A stretch of DNA of 32,000 nucleotides, taken from the NCBI RefSeq assembly GCF_000017305.1, contig NC_009664.2, positions 690,001 to 722,000 of the forward strand. The letters run 5' to 3'. This stretch comes from Kineococcus radiotolerans SRS30216 = ATCC BAA-149 (lineage in GTDB: Bacteria > Actinomycetota > Actinomycetes > Actinomycetales > Kineococcaceae). Position numbers and translations under genes: made by a program. The notes under the pieces were generated by a model. That model was given only the letters and a program-made list of their open reading frames with translations. It did no database searches and was not told the origin of the DNA. Below, piece after piece: positions 8,207 through 15,040 of the stretch (positions are counted from its first letter, which is position 1; each line of letters opens with the position of its first letter).

Positions 8207-9436
8207 TCAGCCGAGCTGGCGGACCCGGACGGTCTCGGGCAGCTCCCGCAGCCGCCGCCCGACGTCCTCGGAGGCGTGCGCGGCGATGTCGGTGACGACG
8301 TAGCCGAGGTCGCCGCGGGTGGCGAGCTGCTGCCCCTCGATGTTCACCCCGGCCTCGGCCAGCACCTTGTTGATGTTGGCCAGCACGCCGGGGACGTTGC
8401 GGTGCAGGTGGGCCAGGCGCACCGTGCCGGGGGTGGTCTCGGTGCCCAGCGTCGGCAGGTTCACCGACAGGGTCGTCGCCCCGTGCAGGGCGTAGTCGCG
8501 CAGCTTGGCCGCGACGAAGCGGCCGATGTCCTCCTGCGCCTCCTCGGTGGACCCGCCCACGTGGGGGGTGAGGATGACGTTGGGCAGCCCCCGCAGCTCG
8601 GACTCGAAGCCCTGCCCGCTGCCCTTGGGCTCGGTGGGGAAGACGTCGATGGCCGCACCGGCGATGTGGCCGGAGCGGATGTGCCGGCTGAGGGCCTCGT
8701 GGTCGACGACGAAGCCGCGGGAGAGGTTGAGGAAGATCGACCCCGGGCGCATCCGGGAGAACTCCGCCTCGCCGAAGAAGCCGAGGTTGGAGCTGCGGCC
8801 GTCGACGTGCAGGGTGACGACGTCGACGATCTCCAGCAGCTCGTGCAGGCTGCCGCAGCGGCGGGCGTTGCCCAGCGCGAGCTTGTCGGTGGTGTCGTAG
8901 AAGAACACGCTCAGGCCCAGCGCCTCGGCCACCACCGACAGCTGCGAGCCGATGTTGCCGTAGCCGACGATGCCGAGGCGGCGCCCGCGGACCTCGTGGG
9001 AGCCGGCGGCGGACTTGTCCCAGACCCCCTCGTGCATGGCCCGGTCCTTGACGGTGAGCCGGCGGGTGAGGGCGATGATCTCGGCGAGGGCGAGCTCCAC
9101 CACGCTGCGGGTGTTGCTGTAGGGGGCGTTGAAGACGGCGACGCCGTGGGCGGCCGCGGCGAAGAGGTCGATCTGGTTGGTGCCGATGCAGAAGGCGCCG
9201 ACCGCGCGCAGGTCGGTCGCGGCCTCCAGGACCTTGGCGGTGACCTGGGTCTGCGAGCGGATGCCCAGCAGCGACACCCCGTCCAGCCGCTCGGCGAGCT
9301 CGGCCTCGTCGAGGGCGCCGGAGGCGGTCTCGACCTCCCACCCGGCCTCGGACAGCAGCGTCCGGGCGTCGGCGTGGATGTTCTCCAGCAGCAGCGCACG
9401 TCCGGGACGGACGGGAGCGAGGTCGGGGGCGGACAC
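8207..9436 (-). CDS. serA: D-3-phosphoglycerate dehydrogenase
   Basis: C-terminal 409 aa of track ORF 8207..10663. It has a 2-hydroxyacid dehydrogenase fold with GIVGYGNIGSQ (NAD site) and a catalytic R/E/H region (LTPHVGGST), plus a C-terminal ACT-like domain. GTG 9436 is preceded by GCAGGAGGAACCC. Confidence 0.9.
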   Translation of the reverse strand: MSAPDLAPVRPGRALLLENIHADARTLLSEAGWEVETASGALDEAELAERLDGVSLLGIRSQTQVTAKVLEAATDLRAVGAFCIGTNQIDLFAAAAHGVAVFNAPYSNTRSVVELALAEIIALTRRLTVKDRAMHEGVWDKSAAGSHEVRGRRLGIVGYGNIGSQLSVVAEALGLSVFFYDTTDKLALGNARRCGSLHELLEIVDVVTLHVDGRSSNLGFFGEAEFSRMRPGSIFLNLSRGFVVDHEALSRHIRSGHIAGAAIDVFPTEPKGSGQGFESELRGLPNVILTPHVGGSTEEAQEDIGRFVAAKLRDYALHGATTLSVNLPTLGTETTPGTVRLAHLHRNVPGVLANINKVLAEAGVNIEGQQLATRGDLGYVVTDIAAHASEDVGRRLRELPETVRVRQLG

Positions 9437-9518
9437 GGGTTCCTCCTGCTTCGTGCGGGTGCGCGGGGGTCCAGTCTCCCGCACGCCGGGGGGTGGCCCC
9501 GACGGGCGGGAGGGGGCC

Positions 9519-10193
9519 TCAGACGGCGGCGAGCGCCGCGCCGAGGGGGGTGTCCCCGCCCACGAGCTCGAGCACGGGGGCCGGGGCCGGGCCGGTGACC
9601 AGCCGGTCCAGCAGGGCGAGGCAGACGGCGGCCACGTCGGCCCGCGGCACCGCGCCGCGCGCCACCGAGGGGGCCAGCTGCACGCGGCCGGTGGGGGCGT
9701 CGTCGGTGAGGGCCCCGGGGCGCAGCACGCCCACCCGCAGCCCGTCGCGGGCGAGCACGTCCTCCTCGGCGGCGAGCTTGGCGCGCAGGTAGGCCGTGAA
9801 CACCTCGTCGACGCCCTCGGGGCTCCGGCCCCCGCGCACGGAGTCCACCCCCATCGAGGAGAGCAGCAGGTAGGCCGGGACCCCGGCGGCCCGGGCGGCG
9901 TCGGCGAGCAGGACGGCCGCTGCCCGGTCCACGGTGTCCTTGCGCGCGGCCCCGCTGCCGGGACCGGCGCCGGCGGCGAAGACCACCGCGTCGGCGCCCT
10001 CGAGGTCCCCGGCCAGCTCGGCGGCGGTGGTGGACTCCAGGTCGCGGACCAGGGCCCGCACCCCGATCGCGGCGAGGTCCCCGACGTGGGCGGGGTTGCG
10101 GACGATCCCGGCCACGTCGTCCCCGCGCGAGGCGGCGAGCCGGCCGAGCAGGAGGGCGACCTGGCCGTGGCCCCCGGCGATGACGATGCGCAT
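9519..10193 (-). CDS. NAD(P)H-binding atypical SDR (NmrA/YwnB-like)
   Basis: MRIVIAGGHGQVALLLGRLAASRGDDVAGIVRN is a Rossmann GxxGxxG N-terminus. The protein is about 224 aa. I prefer ATG 10193 over the track start at 10211. Confidence 0.75.
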   Translation of the reverse strand: MRIVIAGGHGQVALLLGRLAASRGDDVAGIVRNPAHVGDLAAIGVRALVRDLESTTAAELAGDLEGADAVVFAAGAGPGSGAARKDTVDRAAAVLLADAARAAGVPAYLLLSSMGVDSVRGGRSPEGVDEVFTAYLRAKLAAEEDVLARDGLRVGVLRPGALTDDAPTGRVQLAPSVARGAVPRADVAAVCLALLDRLVTGPAPAPVLELVGGDTPLGAALAAV

Positions 10194-10257
10194 GCCGCGA
10201 CCGTAGGCCATCGCCCCGGGCGGCCCCCGGCCGAGCCCGCGCCGGGGGCCGGGAGGC

Positions 10258-10593
10258 TCAGAGGCGCTCGGTCACCAGGGTGGCCGCGTCCGGGTAGGCC
10301 TCCAGCCGCTCGGCGGGGATGGGCTCGCCGGAGACCACGGAGAGCCCGTAGGTCCCGGCCTCGATGCGCTTGAGGGCGTCGGCCACGCTGTCCAGGCGGC
10401 GACGGGCCCCCTCGAGCAGGCCCTCGTTCTCCATGGCCTGCTGCTCGTGGGCCCCGAGGTCCCCGGTGTCCTGCCCGCCCTCGGCGGCGTCGGGCGTGCT
10501 GCCGGACTCCAGCCGGGCCGTCAGGTCGTCGATGGTCGCCTGCAGGTCGCGCTGCATGCTCAGCAGGCGTTCGCGGGCGGTGTCGGTGTCCAT
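10258..10593 (-). CDS. TraR/DksA-family-like protein lacking all zinc-finger cysteines
   Basis: C-terminal 111 aa of track ORF 10258..11253, from MDTDTARERLL... to ...ALKRIEAGTYGLSVVSGEPIPAERLEAYPDAATLVTERL. It has a coiled-coil N-terminus plus the TraR/DksA C-terminal pattern (YG.C..CGE.I...RL.A.P....C..C), but with Ser/Val/Arg where the 4 Cys normally sit. GGGAG lies upstream of ATG 10593. Confidence 0.6.
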   Translation of the reverse strand: MDTDTARERLLSMQRDLQATIDDLTARLESGSTPDAAEGGQDTGDLGAHEQQAMENEGLLEGARRRLDSVADALKRIEAGTYGLSVVSGEPIPAERLEAYPDAATLVTERL

Positions 10594-10701
10594 GTGGTGC
10601 TGCTCCCTGCTCGAACTGCTGGTGGGGTCCGTTCCTACCGCGGGGCCGGTCGTGGCGCAGCACGAGGTGACGGAGCCCGACGGCGGGTCCATGCTGGCAC
10701 G

Positions 10702-11157
10702 GTGATCCCCGTCGACCTCGCGCTGCAGCTCCGGGCGGCCGGACTGGCCTGGAACCCCGCCCCCGGCGACCGCTTCGTCATCCCCCATCGGGACATGGAC
10801 TCCGAGGTGTTCACCCTCAGCGACATGACCATCGAGGTCCACGACCACCCCACCGGGGCGATCATCGGCTTCAACGGCACCACCGAGTGGGCCCTGGACT
10901 CCGTCGACCAGCCCGAGGCGTGCTGGCTGCCGGCCGAGCACCAGCTGCGCGAGCTGCTCGGGGGGCGCTTCACCCGCCTGGAGCGCCGCGACGTCGGGGA
11001 CGCGAGCGTCCACCGGGTGCTGCTGCTCGACGAGCACGGGGCCGACGCCTTCGAGGCCGAGGACGCGGCAGAGGCCTACGGACGCGCTCTGCTGCACCAC
11101 CTCTCGGGTGCGGCCGGGGGCAGCGTCGGGACCTCCGACGCGGCCACCACGGCCTGA
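10702..11157 (+). CDS. conserved hypothetical protein
   Basis: C-terminal 151 aa of track ORF 10447..11157, from GTG 10702 (VIPVDLALQLRAAGLAWNPAPGDRFVIPHRDMDSEVFTLSDMTIEVHD...GFNGTTEWALDS). Third positions are G/C-rich, consistent with coding. It is divergent from the DksA-like gene. I cannot name a family with certainty. Confidence 0.55.
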   Translation: MIPVDLALQLRAAGLAWNPAPGDRFVIPHRDMDSEVFTLSDMTIEVHDHPTGAIIGFNGTTEWALDSVDQPEACWLPAEHQLRELLGGRFTRLERRDVGDASVHRVLLLDEHGADAFEAEDAAEAYGRALLHHLSGAAGGSVGTSDAATTA

Positions 11158-11167
11158 CCCCGGCCCG

Positions 11168-12103
11168 TCAGCCCGCGCCGGGCCGGTCCCCCGGGGGGCC
11201 GTCGCCGTCGGGTTCGTCCTCCTGCCCGGCCAGGAACCGCTCGAACTCCTCACCCAGCTCGTCCGCGGTCGGCAGGAACGCGCTCGCGGCCCCCGTCCCC
11301 CGCCCCTCCTCGCCGATGGCGTCGTACTGCTCCTCCAGGGCCTCGACCACGGACGCGGCCTCGGGCGACTCGGTGATCTGGCGGTCGACCTCGACCCGGG
11401 TCCGGGAGGCGGCCTCCTGCAGCGACTGCACCGGGATCCCCACTCCCGTCGCCCCGGACAGCGTGCGGACCAGGACGGCCGCGGCGTCGGGGTAGTCGTT
11501 GCCGGCGAGGTAGTGCGGGACGTGCGCCAGCACCGACAGGACGTCGCGGCCCTGCTGGGACCCGCGCAGGTGCAGCAGCGCCGACGCGTGCCCGGGGACC
11601 TGGGCCTCGACGTCCCACGTGCGGTAGCCGTCGAGCAGCTCGGGGCGGCTCGCGCTGGCCGTCACCCCGCTGGGCCGGGTGTGCGGGACCGCGGTGGGGG
11701 CGGCGGAGAGCACGATGGTGGCCCCCACCCCCAGCTCGTCGGCGAGCTGCCACACCGCGGCGGTGAACCGCTCCCACTGCACGTCGGGTTCGGGGCCGGT
11801 GAGCAGCAGCAGCGAGGACCCGTCCTCGTCGTGGACGCGGTGCACCTGCAGGCGGGGCGGCTCGTAGTCCTGCCAGTCCTGGCCGCCGAAGGTCATCGTG
11901 GGCCGGCGGGCGCGGTAGTCGTGCAGCTGGTCGACGTCGAAGGTGGCCACCACCTCGTGCCGGCAGGTGGCCAGCAGGTGCTCCACGCTCAGGCGGACCG
12001 CGTTGCCGGCGTCGATGAACCCGGAGAGCGCCACGACGAGAGGAGGTTCCACCAGGGCGGGACGCTCGCCCTCGTAGCTGTACAGCGAACCCGGATCCAG
12101 CAT
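11168..12103 (-). CDS. PAC2 (proteasome-assembly-chaperone-2-like) family protein
   Basis: C-terminal 311 aa of track ORF 11168..12547, from ATG 12103 (MLDPGSLYSYEG...PLVVALSGFIDAGNA...LLLLTGPEPDVQW...). This is typical of actinobacterial PAC2-family proteins, and the position next to nrdR matches mycobacteria. Confidence 0.8.
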   Translation of the reverse strand: MLDPGSLYSYEGERPALVEPPLVVALSGFIDAGNAVRLSVEHLLATCRHEVVATFDVDQLHDYRARRPTMTFGGQDWQDYEPPRLQVHRVHDEDGSSLLLLTGPEPDVQWERFTAAVWQLADELGVGATIVLSAAPTAVPHTRPSGVTASASRPELLDGYRTWDVEAQVPGHASALLHLRGSQQGRDVLSVLAHVPHYLAGNDYPDAAAVLVRTLSGATGVGIPVQSLQEAASRTRVEVDRQITESPEAASVVEALEEQYDAIGEEGRGTGAASAFLPTADELGEEFERFLAGQEDEPDGDGPPGDRPGAG

Positions 12104-12144
12104 GGCCCCATCATCCCCGCCGCCGGGGCCGGGCTCGACGCGGG

Positions 12145-12636
12145 TCAGCCGCGCGCGGCGACCGGCTCGACCGGCGGCACCGCCACGGCCGCGCGCTGGG
12201 CGCGCAGCCGGTCGATGGCGGACTCGAAGTCGGCCAGGGAGTCGAAGGCCTGGTAGACGGAGGCGAAGCGGAGGTAGGCGACCTCGTCCAGCTCCTGCAG
12301 GAACGGCAGCGTGGCCAGGCCGACCTGGTGGGCGTCGATCTCGGCGGCGCCCTGGGCGCGGACGGCCTCCTCGACGCGGTGGGCCAGCAGCGCGATGTCG
12401 TCCTCGCTCACCGGGCGCCCCTGGCAGGCCTTGCGCACCCCGCTGGCGATCTTGGCGCGGCTGAAGGGCTCCGGAGCGCCGGAACGCTTGATCACGGAGA
12501 GGCTGGCGGTCTCCACCGTCGAGAACCGCTTCGAGCAGTTCGGGCACTGGCGCCGGCGACGGATGGAGCTCCCGTCGTCGGTCGTGCGGGAATCGACGAC
12601 ACGAGAGTCGTCGTGCCGACAGAACGGGCAGTGCAC
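12145..12636 (-). CDS. nrdR: transcriptional repressor NrdR
   Basis: [17 protein letters not shown]...[17 protein letters not shown] is the zinc ribbon, followed by an ATP-cone. GTG 12636 is preceded by GGGAGGAAG. The longer track ORF (to 13293) is read-through. Confidence 0.95.
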   Translation of the reverse strand: MHCPFCRHDDSRVVDSRTTDDGSSIRRRRQCPNCSKRFSTVETASLSVIKRSGAPEPFSRAKIASGVRKACQGRPVSEDDIALLAHRVEEAVRAQGAAEIDAHQVGLATLPFLQELDEVAYLRFASVYQAFDSLADFESAIDRLRAQRAAVAVPPVEPVAARG

Positions 12637-12683
12637 CCCGACTTCCTCCCCCGAGACCGGACGACAGCTCTGGTCCAGGGCTG

Positions 12684-12713
12684 ACCGTACGTCGGGAGCG
12701 GTGCGCCGGGCAA
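12684..12713 (-). promoter_or_regulatory. candidate sigma-A-type promoter for nrdR (-35 TTGCCC, 18-nt spacer, -10 TACGGT)
   Basis: Read on the minus strand in the 125-bp LysM-nrdR gap. The -10 fits the actinobacterial TANNNT pattern. There is no experimental support. Confidence 0.25.
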
Positions 12714-12761
12714 CCGGCGCCCCCTCCGGACGGGTGGCGCCGCCGCCGCGGCGCACGTCGG

Positions 12762-13205
12762 TCAGTCCCCGCTGGGCATCGTCAGCCGCTGCCCGGCGCG
12801 CACGGTCATGTCTGCGAGGGCGTTGCGCTGGACGATGTCGACGGCGACCTCGCGCCAGTCCTCGGTGGGGGCCCACTCCCCCGCGATCTGCGACAGGGTC
12901 TGGCCGGGCAGCACGGTCACGACCACCGGTGCCGGGGGGCGCTCGACGCCGGCGGCGGCGCCGGTGAACGCCCCGGTGACGGCGACGACGGCCCCGGTGA
13001 GCAGCGTCGCCGCGGTGCAGGTGACGACGAGCCGCCCGCGGCGGGTCAGCCGCAGGGGGCGGGCCCGGCGGGCGGGCGGGGCGGGACGGGCCGCGGCGCA
13101 GCGGGCGGCGCGCGGCTCGCGGGCGGGACGGGCGGAGCGGGTCCGGCGGGGACGCGGCAGCGTCGGGCGTTCCGGGGCGAGCAGGACGGGGGCGGTGGCG
13201 CTCAC
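12762..13205 (-). CDS. LysM-domain single-pass membrane protein; positional equivalent of the SOS cell-division inhibitors YneA/ChiZ/DivS
   Basis: 147-aa ORF. It has an Arg/Pro-rich N-terminus, one TM segment ([22 protein letters not shown]) and a C-terminal LysM ([16 protein letters not shown]...[10 protein letters not shown]). GGAGG sits 9 nt upstream of GTG 13205. The gene lies between nrdR and divergent lexA, with a perfect SOS box 29 nt upstream. Confidence 0.75.
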   Translation of the reverse strand: MSATAPVLLAPERPTLPRPRRTRSARPAREPRAARCAAARPAPPARRARPLRLTRRGRLVVTCTAATLLTGAVVAVTGAFTGAAAGVERPPAPVVVTVLPGQTLSQIAGEWAPTEDWREVAVDIVQRNALADMTVRAGQRLTMPSGD

Positions 13206-13234
13206 GAGCAGAGACCTCCATCGGGTGGCCGCTG

Positions 13235-13250
13235 TCGAACGGGTGTTCGA
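13235..13250. promoter_or_regulatory. LexA (SOS) box TCGAAC-GGGT-GTTCGA, perfect palindromic halves
   Basis: Exact match to the mycobacterial-type SOS box TCGAAC-N4-GTTCGA. It lies 29 nt upstream of the LysM gene start, in the lexA-divergent region. Confidence 0.85.
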
Positions 13251-13268
13251 CCGGGCGCGACTGTTCTA

Positions 13269-13286
13269 CCACCGTTCGAACGGTGG
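13269..13286. repeat. perfect 18-bp palindrome CCACCGTTCGAACGGTGG
   Basis: The sequence is self-complementary over all 18 nt. Its core, GTTCGAAC, is the two SOS half-sites joined in inverted order. Function unknown. Confidence 0.6.
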
Positions 13287-13471
13287 AGCGCAACCCCCGC
13301 GGTCACGGGGGTGCGGCGCCAGACGCTGCCAGCCACCCCCGACACGTGCGCCCACCTGCACGGACGCCCAGGCGGCCGTCCGGGAGGCGGACCGGCGCGC
13401 GCCGCGCGCCGAGGGGCACGGGCGGCCGGCCACCTCGCGGACGCGCTGCCGCGACGCGCCGACACGCCGGT

Positions 13472-13487
13472 TCGAACACGTGTTTGA
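13472..13487. promoter_or_regulatory. LexA (SOS) box TCGAAC-ACGT-GTTTGA (11/12 half-site positions), lexA autoregulation
   Basis: One mismatch to TCGAAC-N4-GTTCGA. It lies 72 nt upstream of the lexA start and overlaps the putative -35. Confidence 0.8.
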
Positions 13488-13512
13488 TCCCGACCGGGCG
13501 GAGAACTAGCCT
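13484..13512 (+). promoter_or_regulatory. candidate lexA promoter (-35 TTGATC, 17-nt spacer, -10 TAGCCT)
   Basis: Hexamers read directly from the sequence. The -35 overlaps the right half of the SOS box at 13472..13487, which is the classical autorepression geometry. Confidence 0.4.
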
Positions 13513-13559
13513 GGCGCGGACCGGGCGCCGCGACGGACCCCGGGCGACGAACGACGGGA

Positions 13560-14300
13560 GTGGACGTGGCCGAGGTGCTGGACGGAACCGGCGACACCGA
13601 GCGGGGCGCGGCGACGGCCTCGATCCACCACTTCCCCGACGGCCCCCACGGCCGCGACGGCCTGACCGCCCGGCAGCGGCGGGTCCTGGCCGCCATCCAG
13701 GAGTGCGTCGAGCAGCGGGGCTACCCGCCGAGCATGCGCGAGATCGGCCAGGCGGTCGGGCTCACCAGCCCCAGCAGCGTGGCCCACCAGGTCAAGACGC
13801 TGGAGAAGCTGGGGTACCTGCGCAAGGACCCCCGCCGGCCGCGCACCCTCGAGGTCGTCGCCCCCTCCTCCGCCGGCCCCGGGCTCCTCGACGGCACCGA
13901 GGCCGGCTCCGCCGAGAACCGCCCCCGGCCGCGCTACGTCCCGGTCGTGGGCCGCATCGCCGCCGGCGGCCCCATCCTGGCCGAGCAGCTCGTCGAGGAC
14001 GTCTTCGCGCTGCCCGAGCAGCTCGTGGGCACCGGCGAGCACTTCATGCTGAGGGTCGTCGGGGAGTCGATGCTCGAGGCGGCGATCTGCGACGGCGACT
14101 GGGTCGTCGTCCGCCAGCAGCCGACGGCCGAGAACGGCGACGTCGTGGCCGCCATGATCGACGGCGAGGCGACGGTGAAGGTGCTGCAGCGCAAGGACGG
14201 CCACGTCAAGCTGCTGCCCCGCAACCCGCTCTTCGACCCCATCGACGGCGACGAGGCGACCATCCTCGGCCGCGTGACCGCGGTGCTGCGCAGCCTCTGA
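13560..14300 (+). CDS. lexA: LexA repressor
   Basis: 246-aa ORF. Winged-helix N-terminal domain ([29 protein letters not shown]), Ala-Gly cleavage site ([14 protein letters not shown]), and S24 peptidase Ser (VVGESM) and Lys (ATVKVL). GTG 13560 follows GACGGGAG. Confidence 0.95.
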   Translation: MDVAEVLDGTGDTERGAATASIHHFPDGPHGRDGLTARQRRVLAAIQECVEQRGYPPSMREIGQAVGLTSPSSVAHQVKTLEKLGYLRKDPRRPRTLEVVAPSSAGPGLLDGTEAGSAENRPRPRYVPVVGRIAAGGPILAEQLVEDVFALPEQLVGTGEHFMLRVVGESMLEAAICDGDWVVVRQQPTAENGDVVAAMIDGEATVKVLQRKDGHVKLLPRNPLFDPIDGDEATILGRVTAVLRSL

Positions 14301-14327
14301 GGGGGCCCGGCGGCACCGGGGCGGGGG

Positions 14328-14996
14328 TCACCGGGGGACGGGGACGACCAGCTCCACGGCCGCCTCGATCGCCAGCCGCGGCGAGGTCAGGACGGGCAGG
14401 TGCAGGTCGCGCAGCAGCGGCGCCGCGTCGACCATGCTCGCCTGGGCCAGGACGACGACGTCCACGGGCGGGTCCAGGGAGCGCACCCCCGCGCGGACGG
14501 CCTCGGCGACGCCGGCGGCGTAGGTCAGCACGTCACCGGAGGCGAAGGACGGCCACGTCTCCGGGCAGCGCACCTCGACGAGCTCCACGTCGCGGCCGGT
14601 GGCCTGCGCGCACTCGCGCAGCAGGGGCAGGACCGTGGCGGCGGCCCCCTCCAGCGAGCTGACCACGGCGATGCGCCGACCCGCCAGGACGGCCGCCTCG
14701 GCCATCGGGCGGTCCACCCGCACCACCCGCAGCCCCATCCCGGCCCCGACCGCCTTCGCGGTGGGCCCGACCTCGGAGCAGGTGCAGACCACGACGTCGG
14801 CCCCCTCCCCCACGAGGCGGCGCAGCCGGTCCTCCACCGCCGGGCGGACGCTGTCCACCCCGTGGGTCCGGGCGGCGGTCAGCAACCCGGTGTCCACGAG
14901 GTGGCGGTCGGCGACGGTGTCGTCCCGGGCGTTCAGGAGGTCGCGGAAGGCGCGCACGTGGGCGTGCGCGGTGTGCAGGAAGCCGACGGTGGCCAC
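14328..14996 (-). CDS. Asp/Glu/hydantoin-racemase-family protein (arylmalonate decarboxylase/maleate isomerase-like)
   Basis: C-terminal 222 aa of track ORF 14328..17207, from GTG 14996 (VATVGFLHTAHAHV...VVVCTCSEVG...VVLAQASM...). The two-lobe pattern with conserved Cys/Ser loops is present. It lies 44 nt downstream of dinG. Start uncertain. Confidence 0.6.
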   Translation of the reverse strand: MATVGFLHTAHAHVRAFRDLLNARDDTVADRHLVDTGLLTAARTHGVDSVRPAVEDRLRRLVGEGADVVVCTCSEVGPTAKAVGAGMGLRVVRVDRPMAEAAVLAGRRIAVVSSLEGAAATVLPLLRECAQATGRDVELVEVRCPETWPSFASGDVLTYAAGVAEAVRAGVRSLDPPVDVVVLAQASMVDAAPLLRDLHLPVLTSPRLAIEAAVELVVPVPR

Positions 14997-15040
14997 CGGA
15001 CGAGGATGCCACCCCCGCGTCACCTCGGCAGCACCGCGGG

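Noticed and set aside
10581-10602. Exact RecA-NDp core TGTCGGTG on the + strand, upstream of the hypothetical gene at 10702
   Set aside because: The hexamer 8 nt downstream is GTGCTG, not TAnnnT. The motif also lies inside the 5' end of the DksA-like CDS. It is probably a chance occurrence.
10611-10626. Half SOS box TCGAAC-TGCT-GGTGGG in the DksA-like/hypothetical divergent region
   Set aside because: Only one half-site matches; the other is 3/6. Isolated TCGAAC hexamers also occur inside several CDSs (for example near 1069, 11240, 15670, 20170 and 28170) with no partner half-site.
13470-13480. GGTTCGAA resembling a tRNA T-loop
   Set aside because: No acceptor, D or anticodon stems can be drawn around it. 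The sequence is explained as the left half of the lexA SOS box.
13206-13559. Possible riboswitch (for example the c-di-AMP/ydaO type that often precedes cell-wall hydrolase or LysM genes) or small ORF in the long lexA/LysM intergenic region
   Set aside because: I could not recognise the conserved ydaO core elements by eye. The overlapping track ORFs (13202..13696 -, 13283..14662 +) translate to Arg/Pro/Gly junk. A covariance-model scan is needed, so I make no claim.
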